Assembly: GCA_964016885.1 (NCBI GenBank)
Contig: OZ024747.1
Location: 17,980,001 to 18,044,000 of the forward strand
DNA: 64,000 nucleotides
From: Eledone cirrhosa
Lineage: Eukaryota
Direction of reading: 5' to 3'
Shown here piece by piece: positions 59,701-64,000 of this stretch (the stretch's first letter is position 1; every line of letters begins with the position of its first letter). The position numbers and the translations under genes are program-made. The notes beneath the pieces are model-generated. The model ran no database searches. It was not told where the DNA came from and saw only the letters and a program-made list of their open reading frames with translations.

Positions 59701-59958
59701 TTGATGACAGTTCCAAGTTCTAGTTAAGATAATCAAAACTTTGAAAGGATTTAGTAAAATATCTAACATTTTGATTAATAGGTATATTAAGCCAGCGTTT
59801 GATGCAAAATTTAATAAAAGGTTTTCTTTCTCATAAAATTATGATGGAACATTATTAATTCAGATATGAACTTTATGAAACAGAAGATTTTTATCACAGA
59901 ATCAGCAGCAGTTTCAGGTAAGTGGGTCTCAAGAGGGTTAGACAAAATGTAAACATAC

Positions 59959-60051
59959 CTTGTCAGGTCTAAGACATCGCAGAAGTAACATTTTCTGAAA
60001 CTCTCCAAGTTTTTCAACCCATTCCTTGGGTAAAGCTTCTTTATGGGGTTT
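59959..60051 (-). CDS. DNAH7: axonemal dynein heavy chain exon
   Basis: [11 protein letters not shown]...[14 protein letters not shown]; AG/GT. Confidence 0.88.
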
Positions 60052-60268
60052 CTGGTGGTGGTAAAATCAGGGAGGAAAATTAATTTGATACTTTTTAACT
60101 TATTATTTCAGTATTGGAATTAGAAAAAAAGAAGTTGAATCAAATATAGGAACAGGCATGGGTGTGTCGTTAAGGAGTTTGCTTTTAAACCATGTTTCAG
60201 AATCAGTCCCACTGCATAGAACCTTGGGTAAGTGTCTTTTACTATAGCCTTGGGTTGACCAATACCAA

Positions 60269-60337
<69 letters not shown>

Positions 60338-60542
60338 TGTTTATGTTCTGTAACTGAGTGATTCAACAAGAATAAAAGAAAAATGCCAATCACTAGTTTC
60401 TATTTTTGAAATGAAAATGTTCAATTACACTGTTGCTTCAACTAAACATTCCACCTTTTACTTTTTACTATTAAAACAAACCCCCCAACACATACATATA
60501 CAGCAACTATATATACACACAATATAGAAATGAGATACTTAC

Positions 60543-60788
60543 AAGACTATCATAGATAGCTTTCCACGGCTCTAGCTCCTTGCCAAACTTTATCCGAATA
60601 GTGCGGAAATTGTACAGTTCATCTAGTCGACAGATTTCATCCCATGATTGTGGTGATAACCAGTCTGTTGGGTTGGCATGTGGATTTTCTAAGCCAATTC
60701 CTCCAGTCAATAAGAACCGATATTCTGCTTCATTAACTTCATTTTTATGCATTAAAATATTAGTACACAGCAGAAATGAGAATAGCAG
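60543..60788 (-). CDS. DNAH7: axonemal dynein heavy chain exon
   Basis: LLFSFLLC...FLLTGGIGLENPHANPTDWL; AG/GT. Confidence 0.9.
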
Positions 60789-61432
60789 CTGAAAGGAATA
60801 TGATAAAATAATAGAAAGTTCCTGAAGAACGAATTAACGCCAGTCTCCCACCCAAGGTACAGGTCATAAAGTTTGTATTGTTGTTGGACCTCTGTCATTT
60901 TTGACAATGAGTGATCTAGTTGGTTCAATCAACAGACCTGCTTGCTCATGAAATTAATGTCTAAGTGGCTGTGCATTTCACAAACATGTACACCTTTAAC
61001 GTAATTTTCAGGGAGATTCAGCTTGACAAAATGGGTGACAAGGCTGGCTCATTAAATTACAGGTACAACTCATTTTGGCCAGCTGAGTGAACTGGTGCAA
61101 CATGAAATAAAGTGTCTTGCTCAAGGACACAGTACACCACCTGGTCTAGGAATCAAACTCATAACCTTACAATCATGAGCTGAACACACTAACCACTAAG
61201 CAACACACCTTCACAACATTAGTATATACCATTTTTAACCCATTAGCATTTACACTATTCTATATTTACTATTGTATTTTCATCGTAAACACTTTATTTC
61301 ACATAATTATCTCACATAATACTGAATCAACGAGATTTTGATGATGTTATTTATTTTGAGAACAATACCTTAACATAAACATGAGTAGTCGAGAATTCTG
61401 GGTGAGTATGGCCGGTTTAAATCAATACATAC

Positions 61433-61711
61433 CTTATCTTTTTCAAACAGAGACCGACAAATATTCACGTAAAGAGAATAAGTGAAATGAGAGTGGAGAT
61501 TTGCCAGTCGTTTAAACAAATCTTCTGAGCTCTCTGCATTTTCAATTGACAGGAGGAATAGATTTATAAACCAGGTCAACGAATACTGATACATAGGTTC
61601 AATATTGGCTAAGTCAGCAATAGAGAAAAATAGAATACTTGAGTGGACAGCTATTTCCTGGTAGCTGCTACGTGCAATATCTAACTTTCTCTCAGTTTCT
61701 TCAGCAATTTC
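61433..61711 (-). CDS. DNAH7: axonemal dynein heavy chain exon
   Basis: [15 protein letters not shown]...CRSLFEKDK; AG/GT. Confidence 0.92.
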
Positions 61712-61899
61712 CTAAATAACAAATAATAAGAGACAACAAATCATAATAAAAAGCAAATTTCATAAAATACTTTCAGACATTTTCTTACAAAATAGAAAGA
61801 TAGTTCACAGAAAAAGAAAAGAAAAGTAGCTCAGAGACTACAACTTTAATTTTTTTAACTTGTTAGGTCTGGAGGAAAGGACAGTGACTATGGCCTTTG

Positions 61900-62340
61900 T
61901 AGACCCTCCAAGATTGGTGAGACCGATGTAATTTATGTTCTGTTTAAACTGCTGCAAGTCGACAACTGTAGAAAAGGCATGAGCAGACAATGTTCCAGAG
62001 GGTGATCATTTTGGGTGTAATGGTTAGTCCAAGGCCTGGGGTGTTGGACACAATATAGGTTATAAAAGAGAGACAAATAAGTCAGGAGTGCCTGAGTGGA
62101 TGTGGCACAAGATCTGTCAGCTCAGAGGAGTAGAGGCTATTGTAGTAGTGGTAGAAAAGACAGGGAGAGGAGAGAACATGTCTGTGCGAGCATTTCAGTG
62201 AGTGACTAATTAGTCAAGTGGCTTTTTCTCTTGATGCAGTCTAGGATGTCAGTGTGTGCAGCAGCAGCACCAACAACATCCCAGATACGAGAGTAGTATT
62301 TCATTGTGGATTTCACCTGTGTAAAAATCTTGTAGTTGTC
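61900..62340 (-). mobile_element. old degenerate CR1/Zenon-like LINE fragment
   Basis: minus translation YKIFTQVKSTMKYYSRIW...ILDCIKRK resembles the CR1 post-RT YKxQVRPxMEYCSxxW motif. Confidence 0.5.
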
Positions 62341-62579
62341 GCTTTGAGATCAATCAAATACACATCAGTAATATATTTGATAAGGCAGCAAATTGGCCAA
62401 GTTGTTAGAGTATCAGATAAAATGACCTGCAGCAATAGTGTAGTTAGTGGGGTCAGGGAAGAGGTGATCCACCAGAGGCAATACTTGCAGATGTATATTA
62501 TGTTGTGTTTTTCATACCAATTCTACAAGCCTACTTCAAGAAATGTGTTATCATTGAGACCCTCAGTGAATGAACTTAC

Positions 62580-62712
62580 TTGCTTTTCTGATATTTCATC
62601 AGCTAAAACTTTAGAAGAGGAGAGAACTTTAATAGCTGTTTCATCTTCCAAAATGTTTCCTTCAGAAGTAGAGAGAACTTCGAGAATCTTGTCTTCAATC
62701 TCCTTAAGTTGC
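62580..62712 (-). CDS. DNAH7: axonemal dynein heavy chain exon
   Basis: QLKEIEDKILEVLSTSEGNILEDETAI; AG/GT. Confidence 0.92.
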
Positions 62713-63357
62713 CTGTACAACATCATTAGAAAAATAAAAAGTATTACAAAATATATCTATCAAAATGAGAAATCAGGTAAGAATCACAGAATACAAATAA
62801 ACTTCAATCTAACAGATGTTCTATGCAGTCATTCAACTTAATAGAAATAGCACAGCCAACTATTTTGGAAGATGAGGGGCATACTGGACAATATAAGTCC
62901 TAGATTTACAAAAAGACAAGATTATCATGGCTAAAATGTTTTTTTATCTTAGGCCTGCTTGATGAGACATGACAGAGCTAAACAACAGTGCTAGAATACT
63001 AGTGTTGCTCGAACGAAAGTAAAAATCTAATTTCAGTTTTCGACTGAATATATTTCTCTTTATTTTTCTAATCCAACAGACCTATGGTCAAAAGCATTCC
63101 ATTAATGATAATGATGACAATGACGATGATGATGATGATGAAGTTGACAACTTGACAACAGCCATGATGGTCATAACAAGAACAACATTGTTGATTATGA
63201 TGACAGAGACGACAACTTGACAACAACAACAACAATCATCACCATCACCATCATGCCAATGATAATGAAGATGATGATGTATAACACTCATCAGTTAGCC
63301 AATGTACAAATGCTTAATAAATCCTCAGTCATTTTGTATACAAGAAACAGTCCTAAC

Positions 63358-63491
63358 TTTTTATTCTTGGCTCCTTGCTGAATGAGAGCATTCTTCTCCT
63401 CTTCCAGTTCAGGTCGTTCTTTGGCTACCACAATTCCTTGGAGCTGGTCTTGCAGACCTTCCTCGGTGATCATGAAATTTAATAATGTCAC
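63358..63491 (-). CDS. DNAH7: axonemal dynein heavy chain exon (AAA5 region); gene begins right of window
   Basis: VTLLNFMITEEGLQDQLQGIVVAKERPELEE; AG/GT. Confidence 0.92.
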
Positions 63492-63886
63492 CTACATTAC
63501 AAAAAGAAGAGATCAGTTATTTATTTTATAAGTATAATTGTATGTATGCATAGACCCGAAAGGACGAAAGGCAAAGTTGACCGCAGTGGGATTTGAAGTC
63601 AGAGTGAAGAGAGCTGGAACGAATGCTGCAAAGCATTCTATCTGACAATTTAATGCCTCTGCCAATTTGCTGCTTTGTATAATATATACATTTTTTCTAT
63701 GTATTTATATACCATTACCAGCATACAATGTTTATGTATTTATTTATCATTTATTCTAAGGACAGTAGATTGGCAGCCATTGAACATCAATGAAATAAAG
63801 TACCAGTCAAATACTGGGGTCAATATAATTGATTTTTCTCAGCTCCCTAAATTTGAACTTGCGGCTATCAATTTCTCTCTTTCTCT

Positions 63887-63940
<54 letters not shown>

Positions 63941-64000
63941 TTGTCTGTCCTCACAAATGACACATTTTAAAGTACCAGTGATATTTGTTTATGTCTCCCA

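Noticed and set aside
62254-62841. 195 aa plus-strand ORF
   Set aside because: Antisense to a dynein exon and decayed repeats; no domain.

Overview
Animal genomic DNA, very probably from an octopus (inferred from the SINE/LINE families and microsatellite load). Three host genes can be reconstructed by splicing. (1) The 5' part of golgin-97/GOLGA1 on the minus strand: coding exons 18463-18349, 17400-17288 and 15860-15773, with probable non-coding exons at 20862-20742 and ~39430-39291. (2) A single-coding-exon FKBP-like/TPR gene (41498-42352, +), head-to-head with GOLGA1 across a compact promoter at ~39.4 kb. (3) The last 16 exons of an axonemal dynein heavy chain, DNAH7-like (63491-45399, -). 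The rest is repeat-rich intron: a nearly intact RTE LINE with its partner SINE, an RTE/SINE chimera, CR1-like fragments, piggyBac-like MITEs and minisatellites. The first 13 kb is a polarised nest of four copies of a ~600 bp non-autonomous retroelement and a CR1 3' end, separated by kb-long TA/CA arrays. The least obvious signal is a set of minimal type I hammerhead ribozyme motifs of the Penelope-associated kind: 2932-3000, a twin pair in a 166-bp-arm foldback at 15296-15654, and a U3-A8 core variant at 53876-53914. Three of the four lie in the sense of the host pre-mRNA, and three sit in foldbacks whose antisense arm could mask them. All calls were made by eye; no database search was run.
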